Source: a bacterium (GTDB lineage: Bacteria; Patescibacteriota; Saccharimonadia; Saccharimonadales; Saccharimonadaceae). Taken from it: a stretch of 16,350 nt of DNA. This document shows, piece by piece, positions 7,324 to 13,768 of the stretch. The notes beneath the pieces are model-generated. The model was given only the letters and a program-made list of their open reading frames with translations, searched no databases and was not told where the DNA came from. Position 1 is the stretch's first letter, and the number at the start of each line of letters is the position of its first letter. A program made the translations under genes and the position numbers. The stretch is from contig JAUIHN010000013.1 in assembly GCA_030432305.1 (NCBI GenBank), positions 1 through 16,350 on the forward strand, written 5' to 3'.

Positions 7324-8478
7324 CTAGAAAAACTTTCCGATGTCCGCAAAGGTAATAACAATAATAAGCGATAGGATTACCAAAAACCCGATACCCTGAA
7401 TCGTCTCTTCTCGCTCTTTGGTGAGCGGCTTTTGTAGTAACCTGAATACTGTCATGGTCAGCCAACGACCGCCATCAAGCGCCGGAATCGGCAGAATATT
7501 CATAACGGCCAATGTGAGCGATATAATAGCCGTCAAGAATAGCAGATTGGCTAGGCCGCCCTCGGCTGCCGCCGGAAAAATAACACCGAGGATACCGATA
7601 GGCCCAGCTACGCCTTCGGCTGCTGTGCCCAGATTTTCTTTGCCCTCTTCGCGCGTCTGCTCATCAAAGCTCAGCCGCTGCACGGCGCCTTCGGCTGCGC
7701 TGACCGCCAAATCTTTAATGCCGACAAGTGTCTCCCAGCTAAACTGCGCTGTTGTTACTACCCCGACGATGGGCGCCGACCATGTGGCATAAAGTAATTC
7801 CTGGCGCTGCCCGAGCGCGGTACCGAGGTAGCCTTCGTCGCCAGCGTCACCTTCTGTATTGAGCATAACTTCAGTGGTATATTCGGTCTCGCCGCGTTCG
7901 TATACCAGCGGTACTGTCTCACCCCCACGCGCCTCCGTTTCGTCGGCGAGCTGCGTGGTCGACGTTACGTCTTCACCGCCAAGCGACAGCACCTTGTCGC
8001 CTTCTTCAAGCCCCGCTGCGTCGGCTGGTGAATCCTCAACGACGGCGGTTACCTCGACTGGCTGGCGCGCTATCGTCGTGTCTGACTGAACAAAAAACTG
8101 ATTCGGCAGCAGCTTTGGCACGCCGCCAACCCACGCCAAAACAGTGATGATGAGTGCCGCAACCACCCAATTTATGGCCACGCCGGCCAGTAGTATGATG
8201 GTTTTTTGCAAGTAGCTCGCCGCGCCGTAATCGCCCTTTTTATCAGCCGCGTCATACTCACCCTGAAAACGCACAAAACCGCCGAGCGGCAGCCAGTTTA
8301 GGCTAAACAAAATGCCATTCTTCAGCTTCTTCGCCCACGCCCGCGGCGGAAAGCCAATCGCGAATTCTTCTACCACCACGCCGCTCTTGAGCGCCGCGAA
8401 AGCATGCCCGAACTCGTGAAGGGCAACGAGGAGTATCAAAATGATAAGGCCAATAACAGCACCGACTAGTATTTCCAT
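7324..8478 (-). CDS. rseP: RIP site-2 metalloprotease RseP (M50 family) with PDZ domain
   Basis: 384-aa ORF. HEFGHAF lies in the first TM helix, a central PDZ-like segment reads GLEEGDKVLSLGG, and NILPIPALDGG is near the C-terminus. An SD (GGAGGG) lies upstream. Confidence 0.9.
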   Translation of the reverse strand: MEILVGAVIGLIILILLVALHEFGHAFAALKSGVVVEEFAIGFPPRAWAKKLKNGILFSLNWLPLGGFVRFQGEYDAADKKGDYGAASYLQKTIILLAGVAINWVVAALIITVLAWVGGVPKLLPNQFFVQSDTTIARQPVEVTAVVEDSPADAAGLEEGDKVLSLGGEDVTSTTQLADETEARGGETVPLVYERGETEYTTEVMLNTEGDAGDEGYLGTALGQRQELLYATWSAPIVGVVTTAQFSWETLVGIKDLAVSAAEGAVQRLSFDEQTREEGKENLGTAAEGVAGPIGILGVIFPAAAEGGLANLLFLTAIISLTLAVMNILPIPALDGGRWLTMTVFRLLQKPLTKEREETIQGIGFLVILSLIIVITFADIGKFF

Positions 8479-9168
8479 CTACCCTCCAAACCGGCGATTA
8501 CGCTCTGAATACTCTTTTAGTATAGCGGCCACGTCTTCTTTTGTCATGTCCGGCCAGTACTTGTCGAGAAACAGCAGCTCGCTGTATGCCGCCCGCCATA
8601 GCATGAAGTTACTTATCCGTTTGTCGCCGCCGGTGCGGACAATCAAATCAAGCGGCGGGATGTCCGCATCATACAAATTTTTAGCAATAAGCTCAGGCGT
8701 TATTTCGTCTTTTTCTATCCCCTGCTCAGCCAGAGCCTTAAAAGCGTCGGCAATTTCCAACTGCCCGCCATAGTTAAAGCAGAGCGCCAGCGTACCGGTG
8801 GTATTGTTTTTTGATTTTTCCTCGAGATCGTCAATCTCTTTTACAATTTTCGGATCGACACCCTCGCGCGAGCCCAGCACGCGCACCTTTATGTCATTAT
8901 CGAGCAGCTGGTGCACGTCCGACTTGGCGATTTTGAGCGCCAGCCCCATCAGGCGGTTGACTTCGTCTTCAGAGCGCTTCCAGTTTTCGGTGCTAAACAC
9001 GTATGCCGAGACGTACTTGACGCCAGCCTCAAACGTCGCTCGCACGACATCCTGAACAGCGCTGTACCCAGCCATGTGGCCTTCGTACGAAGGCAAGCCG
9101 TGTTGCTTTGCCCAGCGTCGGTTGCCGTCGACGATATAGCCGACGTGCTGCGGGATGCGGTCATCCAT
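8479..9168 (-). CDS. uppS: Undecaprenyl-diphosphate synthase (cis-isoprenyl transferase)
   Basis: 229-aa ORF with DGNRRWA and RTGGDKRISNFMLW motifs. Its ATG overlaps the frr stop codon by 1 nt (TGATG). Confidence 0.9.
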   Translation of the reverse strand: MDDRIPQHVGYIVDGNRRWAKQHGLPSYEGHMAGYSAVQDVVRATFEAGVKYVSAYVFSTENWKRSEDEVNRLMGLALKIAKSDVHQLLDNDIKVRVLGSREGVDPKIVKEIDDLEEKSKNNTTGTLALCFNYGGQLEIADAFKALAEQGIEKDEITPELIAKNLYDADIPPLDLIVRTGGDKRISNFMLWRAAYSELLFLDKYWPDMTKEDVAAILKEYSERNRRFGG

Positions 9169-9722
9169 CAGATGGTCAGAATGTCTTTCTCTTTAGTCTT
9201 AAACAGTTCGTCGATTTTTTCTTGATACTCACTCATCAGGCCATCAATCTCTTTCTCGGCGCGCTTCACATCGTCTTCGGACAATTCCTTGGCATCCTTG
9301 CGACGCTTGGCGTCTTTTAAGGCATCCTGGCGAACACCACGTAGGGCGATGCGAGCTTCTTCTACCTTTTCGCCGGCTTGCTTGATAATCTGTTTGCGGC
9401 GCTCCTCAGTCAACGCCGGAATCGGCACGCGCACCACACGGCCGTCATCAGCCGGGTTAAACCCGAGCGACTGGTCGTTTCGGATGGCGGTCGAAATTGC
9501 CTGCAGTTGGCTAGGGTCAAATGGCGTCACCTGCAAGAGCTGCGGCTCGGGCACAGTGATATTCGCCACCTGATTGAGCGGCATCATCGTGCCATACGCC
9601 TCAACCATAATGCTATCAAGCATATCCGGGTGGGCCCGGCCGGTTCGGATTTTCTTTAACTCATCACCAAAGCGAGTGAGCGTTTGCTCCATCTTCGTTT
9701 TGTACGTCCCGCTATCAAACAT
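9168..9722 (-). CDS. frr: Ribosome recycling factor
   Basis: 184-aa ORF with typical RRF length and sequence (IRTGRAHPDMLD...VTPFD...IPALTEERRK). An SD (AAGGGGGAG) lies upstream. Confidence 0.92.
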   Translation of the reverse strand: MFDSGTYKTKMEQTLTRFGDELKKIRTGRAHPDMLDSIMVEAYGTMMPLNQVANITVPEPQLLQVTPFDPSQLQAISTAIRNDQSLGFNPADDGRVVRVPIPALTEERRKQIIKQAGEKVEEARIALRGVRQDALKDAKRRKDAKELSEDDVKRAEKEIDGLMSEYQEKIDELFKTKEKDILTI

Positions 9723-9748
9723 GTTAAGCTCCCCCTTATTATGCGTAA

Positions 9749-10348
9749 CTAGTCTTCGCTAACGCCGAGCTCAATTCGCTTGAACTGGCTGACACGAATA
9801 TTCTCGTTGTTCATGGCAATTTGCTGTTTGATGCGCTCACCAACAGTAATGCTGTCATCCAGTACATAGGCCTGCTCGGTAAGCGTCTGCTCAGCAAAAT
9901 ACTTTTTGAGTTGTCCTTCGACAATTTTTTCAGCGATATCGCTCGGCTTACCGTTGAGAGCGTCGCTCGCAAGTAGTTCTGCCTTCTTGGCTTCGTACAC
10001 ATCAGCCGGAACATCCTCTGGTATTGGATAGGCTGGATTCATGGCAGCAATCTGCATAGCCATCTGATGCGCGAACTCACGGAATTCAGGGAGACGCGCC
10101 ACGAAGTCGGTTTCGCAATTTACTTCGACAACAACACCGATTCGATCTGAATGAACGTAGCTATCGACAATTCCTTCGCGGGTTTCGCGGTCGCCTTTTT
10201 TCTCCGCCTTAGTAAGCCCCTTCTTGCGCATAGCTTCAAGCGCTTTATCAAAATCGCCTTCCGCCTCGACAAGCGCCTGCTTGGCGTCAGTCAGGCCGAC
10301 ACCAGTCAGTTCTTTTAGTTTCTTAATATCATCGATTGAGATTGCCAT
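9749..10348 (-). CDS. tsf: Elongation factor Ts (short form, 199 aa)
   Basis: Start is placed at the internal ATG 10348 (MAISIDDIKKLKELTGVGLTDAKQALVEAEGDFDKALEAMRKKG, the UBA-like EF-Ts N-terminus). GGGGAGGGAG precedes it, and it begins 1 nt after the rpsB stop. The 50 extra codons in the ORF track overlap rpsB and look non-coding. Confidence 0.88.
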   Translation of the reverse strand: MAISIDDIKKLKELTGVGLTDAKQALVEAEGDFDKALEAMRKKGLTKAEKKGDRETREGIVDSYVHSDRIGVVVEVNCETDFVARLPEFREFAHQMAMQIAAMNPAYPIPEDVPADVYEAKKAELLASDALNGKPSDIAEKIVEGQLKKYFAEQTLTEQAYVLDDSITVGERIKQQIAMNNENIRVSQFKRIELGVSED

Positions 10349-10349
10349 C

Positions 10350-11054
10350 TTACGCTCCCTCCCCTTGCTTGGCGCCTGCGCCTGCTTTGACTGCCGCTCC
10401 GAAGTAGCCCAGTAGTACCTCCAGGCTTTTAATGGCGTCGTCGTTGCCCGGAATTGCGTATTCAACGCTCGCCGGGTCGGCGTTGGTATCAACCACACCG
10501 ATAACTGGAATACCGAGCGTTCGCGCTTCTTTCACGGCATTGTCGTCGGCCACGACATCTACCACCACAATCGCGCCCGGGCGGCCATTCATGTTCTTGA
10601 TACCACCATATTTGTGGTTCAATTCATCAATTTCTTCCTGAAAACGCTGCACTTCAAGCTTGTTGTAGCGCTTTTCCAGATCGCCACTGGCCATGCGGCG
10701 CTCAAGATCTTTTAACTTCTTAATCTGCTGGTTGATGGTCGTGGCGTTTGTCAGCATGCCGCCAATCCAGCGCTCGGTTACGTACGGTTGGCCAGCGTCT
10801 TCTGCGGTCGCTTTGACGATTTCCTTGGCCTGCTTTTTGGTACCCACGAACAGCACTTGCTTGCTAGCGGCTACTTTTGTCAGAAACGGCAATGCTACGT
10901 CGAGCGCTTTTACCGTCTCTTCTAGGTTGATGATGTGGCTATCTTGACGCTTCGAGTGAATATACGGCGCCATCTTCGGGTGCCAACGGCTTGTTTTATG
11001 TCCAAAATGGACGCCAGCTTCAAAAAGCTGTTTAATATCGACAGTTACTGCCAT
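10350..11054 (-). CDS. rpsB: 30S ribosomal protein S2
   Basis: 234-aa ORF with GVHFGHKTSRWHPKMAPYI and a typical S2 core. An SD (AAGGAGA) lies upstream. Confidence 0.93.
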   Translation of the reverse strand: MAVTVDIKQLFEAGVHFGHKTSRWHPKMAPYIHSKRQDSHIINLEETVKALDVALPFLTKVAASKQVLFVGTKKQAKEIVKATAEDAGQPYVTERWIGGMLTNATTINQQIKKLKDLERRMASGDLEKRYNKLEVQRFQEEIDELNHKYGGIKNMNGRPGAIVVVDVVADDNAVKEARTLGIPVIGVVDTNADPASVEYAIPGNDDAIKSLEVLLGYFGAAVKAGAGAKQGEGA

Positions 11055-11077
11055 AGTTTATATCTCCTTTTACCTCA

Positions 11078-11124
11078 CCTTCGGCTCTTAATCCGCTGTA
11101 CAGCGGAAGGAGCGATGCCGAGGG
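11078..11124. other. Nested stem-loop about 25-70 nt upstream of the rpsB start (candidate leader structure)
   Basis: The outer arms are CCTTCGG (11078-11084) and CCGAGGG (11118-11124), the middle arms GCTCTT and AAGGAGC (one bulge), and the apical palindrome is CCGCTGTACAGCGG (11093-11106). The transcribed strand is not resolved. Confidence 0.35.
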
Positions 11125-11201
11125 CTGTGTCATTAATGATTATTACAGGAGTTATTTTAGCAAATCTGTTGCCTTATGTCTAGGCGGCGCATAGATACCT
11201 A

Positions 11202-11230
11202 TTGACTTTTTATGATAAATATTATAAACT
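11202..11230 (+). promoter_or_regulatory. Putative promoter of the 11317-11664 gene
   Basis: TTGACT (11202-11207), 17 nt, TAAACT (11225-11230), in an AT-rich tract. A TATAAT on the opposite strand (11226..11221) overlaps it and could serve rpsB. Confidence 0.4.
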
Positions 11231-11262
11231 ACTAGATGTTCACTTAGGAAGCTTACGCCTTC

Positions 11263-11276
11263 TAGGTGCGCACCTA
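11263..11276. promoter_or_regulatory. Perfect 14-bp palindrome TAGGTGCGCACCTA between the promoter and the SD (candidate operator)
   Basis: The sequence equals its own reverse complement. It lies about 33 nt downstream of the -10 box and 41 nt upstream of ATG 11317. Confidence 0.4.
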
Positions 11277-11316
11277 TCAATCCATTCATTTATCACACTC
11301 TGAAAGGGGTGAGGTT

Positions 11317-11664
11317 ATGGGAACTTGCGCGTGCAACGAACTCACTGTCCGCATCGGTGAGGTGCTCTACCCGGCCGGGCGCCAGGTAGTTACCTTCCAG
11401 TTCGACAGGCGACTGCAACATCGGGGCACCGATTTCGCGGTGTACGCCAACACTGGCTACACCGAGGACTCTCGAGACACCGAGCTGCTGAAAAGCATAC
11501 TCGAAAGGCTCTTTAGGGATAGTGTCCCTGTCGAGCAAACTTACGTTAAGCCCTTTGCCCTGGTCGTCCATGCCAACTCGACGATTTCTGTCGAGAGACT
11601 CAATGACATCGTCGTCAACGCAGCCTGCGAAGTCGGGTATGTCGTTGACTACGACGAAGTCTAG
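11317..11664 (+). CDS. Hypothetical small protein (115 aa)
   Basis: ATG 11317 is preceded by AAAGGGGTGAGG. Third codon positions are strongly C/G-rich, as in the housekeeping genes here, so the equally long minus-strand ORF (11293-11673) looks like its shadow. A strong hairpin follows. I recognise no family. Confidence 0.55.
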   Translation: MGTCACNELTVRIGEVLYPAGRQVVTFQFDRRLQHRGTDFAVYANTGYTEDSRDTELLKSILERLFRDSVPVEQTYVKPFALVVHANSTISVERLNDIVVNAACEVGYVVDYDEV

Positions 11665-11680
11665 CGCGGACACCTACTAT

Positions 11681-11714
11681 GGTCAGCCTGTGACACGCGC
11701 GTCACAGGCTGACC
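11681..11714. terminator. GC-rich perfect hairpin between convergent genes (bidirectional terminator candidate, no U-tract)
   Basis: GGTCAGCCTGTGAC (11681-11694), loop acgcgc, GTCACAGGCTGACC (11701-11714). The stem is 14 bp with no mismatch. Confidence 0.55.
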
Positions 11715-11723
11715 ACCTTGGCG

Positions 11724-11772
11724 AACCCATAATGGATGGGTTGATAGACACTTCCATAGATGCGTTTCTATG
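11724..11772. other. Two further short stem-loops in the same intergenic region
   Basis: AACCCAT (11724-11730), aatgg, ATGGGTT (11736-11742). CATAGA (11755-11760), tgcgtt, TCTATG (11767-11772). Confidence 0.3.
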
Positions 11773-11799
11773 CTGACGAGTCCAAAAGGACGAAAAGTG

Positions 11800-12429
11800 T
11801 TATAAACCCAGTACTTCGCCGTCCATGAGTGGGATAATTGTGAAATTGCCATCAAATCGCTCGGCTTTATCTTTGAAGAATACAGGATCAACGACGTACG
11901 ACGAGTAATGCAACGGAATGACCGTCCTGGCTCCAAGCGATTCAATAAATGCGAATGAATCGTGAAAGCTGATGTCGGGTCCGGTAATAGGGATGGCTGC
12001 AAGCTCTACCGTTACGCCGCTGGTATTGACACCATCTCCAGAATGAAAGAACTTTCCGTCGATAATAAAACCAGTGTTTTGCGGCCCCTCCGAGCCGTCC
12101 ATCATCAGGCAGTGCGGTAGCTCGTGCGCCCGCACGGTAAAGTCGCCAAGCTCGATCTCATCACCATCAGCAATTACTTCCGTCTCTATCTCGCTAAGCA
12201 TCGCGGCCGTACTTTGGTTTGTTACGATTTTTACGCCGGCTTCTGCAAAAACCCTTACTAGATTCTCGTCCGCATGATCGGCATGCTCATGCGTCACCAG
12301 CACGCCGTGGAGGGGCAAAAAGTCCTCAGCTTTGTGCTGCTCGGCCGCAAAATTCCCTGGGTCAATCAGTACCCTTGTGTTGTCTTTTTCGAGTAGCAAG
12401 CAGCTTTGTGGGTATTTTGTTATCTTCAT
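11800..12429 (-). CDS. MBL-fold metallo-hydrolase
   Basis: 209-aa ORF with the HxHxDH motif (THEHADHAD) and downstream His/Asp ligand positions. A strong SD (GAGGAGGGG) lies upstream. Confidence 0.82.
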   Translation of the reverse strand: MKITKYPQSCLLLEKDNTRVLIDPGNFAAEQHKAEDFLPLHGVLVTHEHADHADENLVRVFAEAGVKIVTNQSTAAMLSEIETEVIADGDEIELGDFTVRAHELPHCLMMDGSEGPQNTGFIIDGKFFHSGDGVNTSGVTVELAAIPITGPDISFHDSFAFIESLGARTVIPLHYSSYVVDPVFFKDKAERFDGNFTIIPLMDGEVLGL

Positions 12430-12463
12430 ATCCCCTCCTCTTTACTGAATTATCCTATAACCG

Positions 12464-12472
12464 ATTATAACA
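12464..12472 (-). promoter_or_regulatory. Extended -10 promoter (TGtTATAAT) of the MBL hydrolase gene
   Basis: Minus strand reads gtTGtTATAATcggttataggataattcagtaaagaggaggggatATG. This gene has a normal leader of about 28 nt with an SD. Confidence 0.45.
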
Positions 12473-12513
12473 ACCTGCTGCCGAGGCGATCATCACTATC
12501 ACCTACCCAACCC

Positions 12514-12542
12514 TTTACATTTCCCTTAAAAACAGATACAAT
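12514..12542 (+). promoter_or_regulatory. Promoter of rpmE
   Basis: TTTACA (12514-12519), 17 nt, TACAAT (12537-12542), 9 nt (aattcagtt), ATG 12552, with no SD. Confidence 0.55.
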
Positions 12543-12551
12543 AATTCAGTT

Positions 12552-12884
12552 ATGAAAAGCAGTATTCACCCACAAAACTACCGCCCGGTCGTATTTAGCG
12601 ACGAACAAGCGGGCTTTGCGTTTTTGGCGCAGTCGACAATAGCAACCGAAGACGAAATCAAATGGGAAGATGGCAACACCTACCCGCTCGTCAAAGTTCC
12701 GGTTTCGTCCGCCTCCCACCCGTACTTCACTGGTGAAGAAAAGATCATCGACACCGAAGGCCGCGTCGACCGCTTCAAGGCACGCTTCGCTGCCGCCGAA
12801 GAGCGCAAACAGCAGCTGGCCAATAAAGCCAAAAAGCAGCAAGCCGCTAAAGACGCAAAAGAAGCCAAAGCGGATAAAAAATAG
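12552..12884 (+). CDS. rpmE: 50S ribosomal protein L31, type B (no zinc-binding cysteines) with Lys/Ala-rich C-terminal extension
   Basis: 110-aa [13 protein letters not shown]...[10 protein letters not shown]...[10 protein letters not shown] is the L31 core and contains no Cys. It is followed by [31 protein letters not shown]. Confidence 0.88.
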   Translation: MKSSIHPQNYRPVVFSDEQAGFAFLAQSTIATEDEIKWEDGNTYPLVKVPVSSASHPYFTGEEKIIDTEGRVDRFKARFAAAEERKQQLANKAKKQQAAKDAKEAKADKK

Positions 12885-12916
12885 TTCGCCAAAAATCGCA
12901 GACGCAAACTTTTCTA

Positions 12917-12925
12917 TGAGATAAT
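12917..12925 (+). promoter_or_regulatory. Extended -10 element (TGaGATAAT) 6 nt upstream of ATG 12932
   Basis: The sequence reads tctaTGaGATAATacactcATG, with no SD and no convincing -35. Confidence 0.4.
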
Positions 12926-12931
12926 ACACTC

Positions 12932-13198
12932 ATGAGACATGCGTTATTGCAAAAATTAATCCAACTACTGAAGGATAATAAGTTTGGCGCTGCGCTCCTA
13001 CTTCCGTCCGTCGGCCTTGTCGCCATCGATTTTTTAACGATATGGTACATATCTAACTTTGGCGAGTCCAGTGTTGATTCTCGCCTCACCAGGCACGTGC
13101 CCGAGTCTCTCGAAACGCTATTTATAGGAATGGCTGTCGTGGGAACTGTATTATTATTGATTACGTTTTTTAGAAACAGGAAGAAGTATACATTTTAG
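12932..13198 (+). CDS. Hypothetical small membrane protein (88 aa, 2 predicted TM helices)
   Basis: Hydrophobic helices are GAALLLPSVGLVAIDFLTIWYI and LFIGMAVVGTVLLLITFF, followed by a basic C-terminus. Third positions are AT-rich and 4 of 5 Arg codons are AGR. Confidence 0.55.
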   Translation: MRHALLQKLIQLLKDNKFGAALLLPSVGLVAIDFLTIWYISNFGESSVDSRLTRHVPESLETLFIGMAVVGTVLLLITFFRNRKKYTF

Positions 13199-13212
13199 CG
13201 ATTCTCCTGCCC

Positions 13213-13764
13213 ATGGGTATGTCGAAAATTGATTTGAACAACACTAAACACGAAGCTGAAAAACAGTCTTTTTTATCAGCATCGGCACCGTCTTCCGGTT
13301 TTTATCACCGATTTTTCCGGGTGCTCGTCGGTGTTGCCATGTTCCTAGTCGCATTATATGCAACCTTCACTTCTGCCTTAATGGTTCTATTCACGGTATT
13401 TGCTTCTTCATCATCAAAATACTCGCCTTCACTCGAAGACCACATCATGACAGGCCTATGGGTCGTAGTGTTACTCGGCGCACTTCTCTCTTTGGTCGCT
13501 GCAATCAAAATTATATTTAAATCCAACCCTAGCGCTAAGGATTTTCCTACGACACTATGTACAATACTTAACATTACAGCCGTCACACTATACGGGAGCT
13601 ACTTTTTACCAACTGCCGCCAGCCCTGAAGAAAAGATTATAGGCTTGGTAATTTTAGCTGCAATGAGCCTACTCTATCTCGGTTCAGCTACGATGATTAT
13701 CGTACTATCACGTAGGCAGCCGTCTGCTACCTCTGTAAGTTCCGCTCCGCATCTGGTAGAATAA
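13213..13764 (+). CDS. Hypothetical membrane protein (about 4 TM helices) whose N-terminus copies the N-terminus of RF1
   Basis: 183-aa ORF, or 181 aa if it starts at ATG 13219. TM segments include [66 protein letters not shown] and [24 protein letters not shown]. It stops 4 nt before the prfA ATG. Confidence 0.65.
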   Translation: MGMSKIDLNNTKHEAEKQSFLSASAPSSGFYHRFFRVLVGVAMFLVALYATFTSALMVLFTVFASSSSKYSPSLEDHIMTGLWVVVLLGALLSLVAAIKIIFKSNPSAKDFPTTLCTILNITAVTLYGSYFLPTAASPEEKIIGLVILAAMSLLYLGSATMIIVLSRRQPSATSVSSAPHLVE

Positions 13765-13768
13765 TGCT

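Noticed and set aside
9749-10498. 249-aa version of the EF-Ts ORF starting at 10498
   Set aside because: The extra 50 codons overlap the 3' end of rpsB and have no EF-Ts similarity. The canonical EF-Ts N-terminus begins at ATG 10348, behind a strong SD.
11293-11673. 126-aa minus-strand ORF mirroring the 11317-11664 gene
   Set aside because: It starts at GTG with no usable SD. Its first codon positions coincide with the C/G-rich third positions of the plus-strand frame, the typical pattern of a shadow ORF. The plus-strand frame has both a promoter and an SD.
11271-11676. CACCTA(T/C) on both flanks of the small gene as target-site duplications of a mobile cassette
   Set aside because: Only 6-7 nt are shared, which is plausible by chance over 400 bp. 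There are no inverted terminal repeats and no recombinase gene. It is mentioned only as a possible half-site of the palindrome.
12546-12929. 127-aa minus-strand ORF, and other frames, overlapping rpmE
   Set aside because: They are antisense or out of frame relative to a clear L31 gene. The Phe/Leu/Gly-rich translation is a mirror of the Lys/Ala-rich tail.
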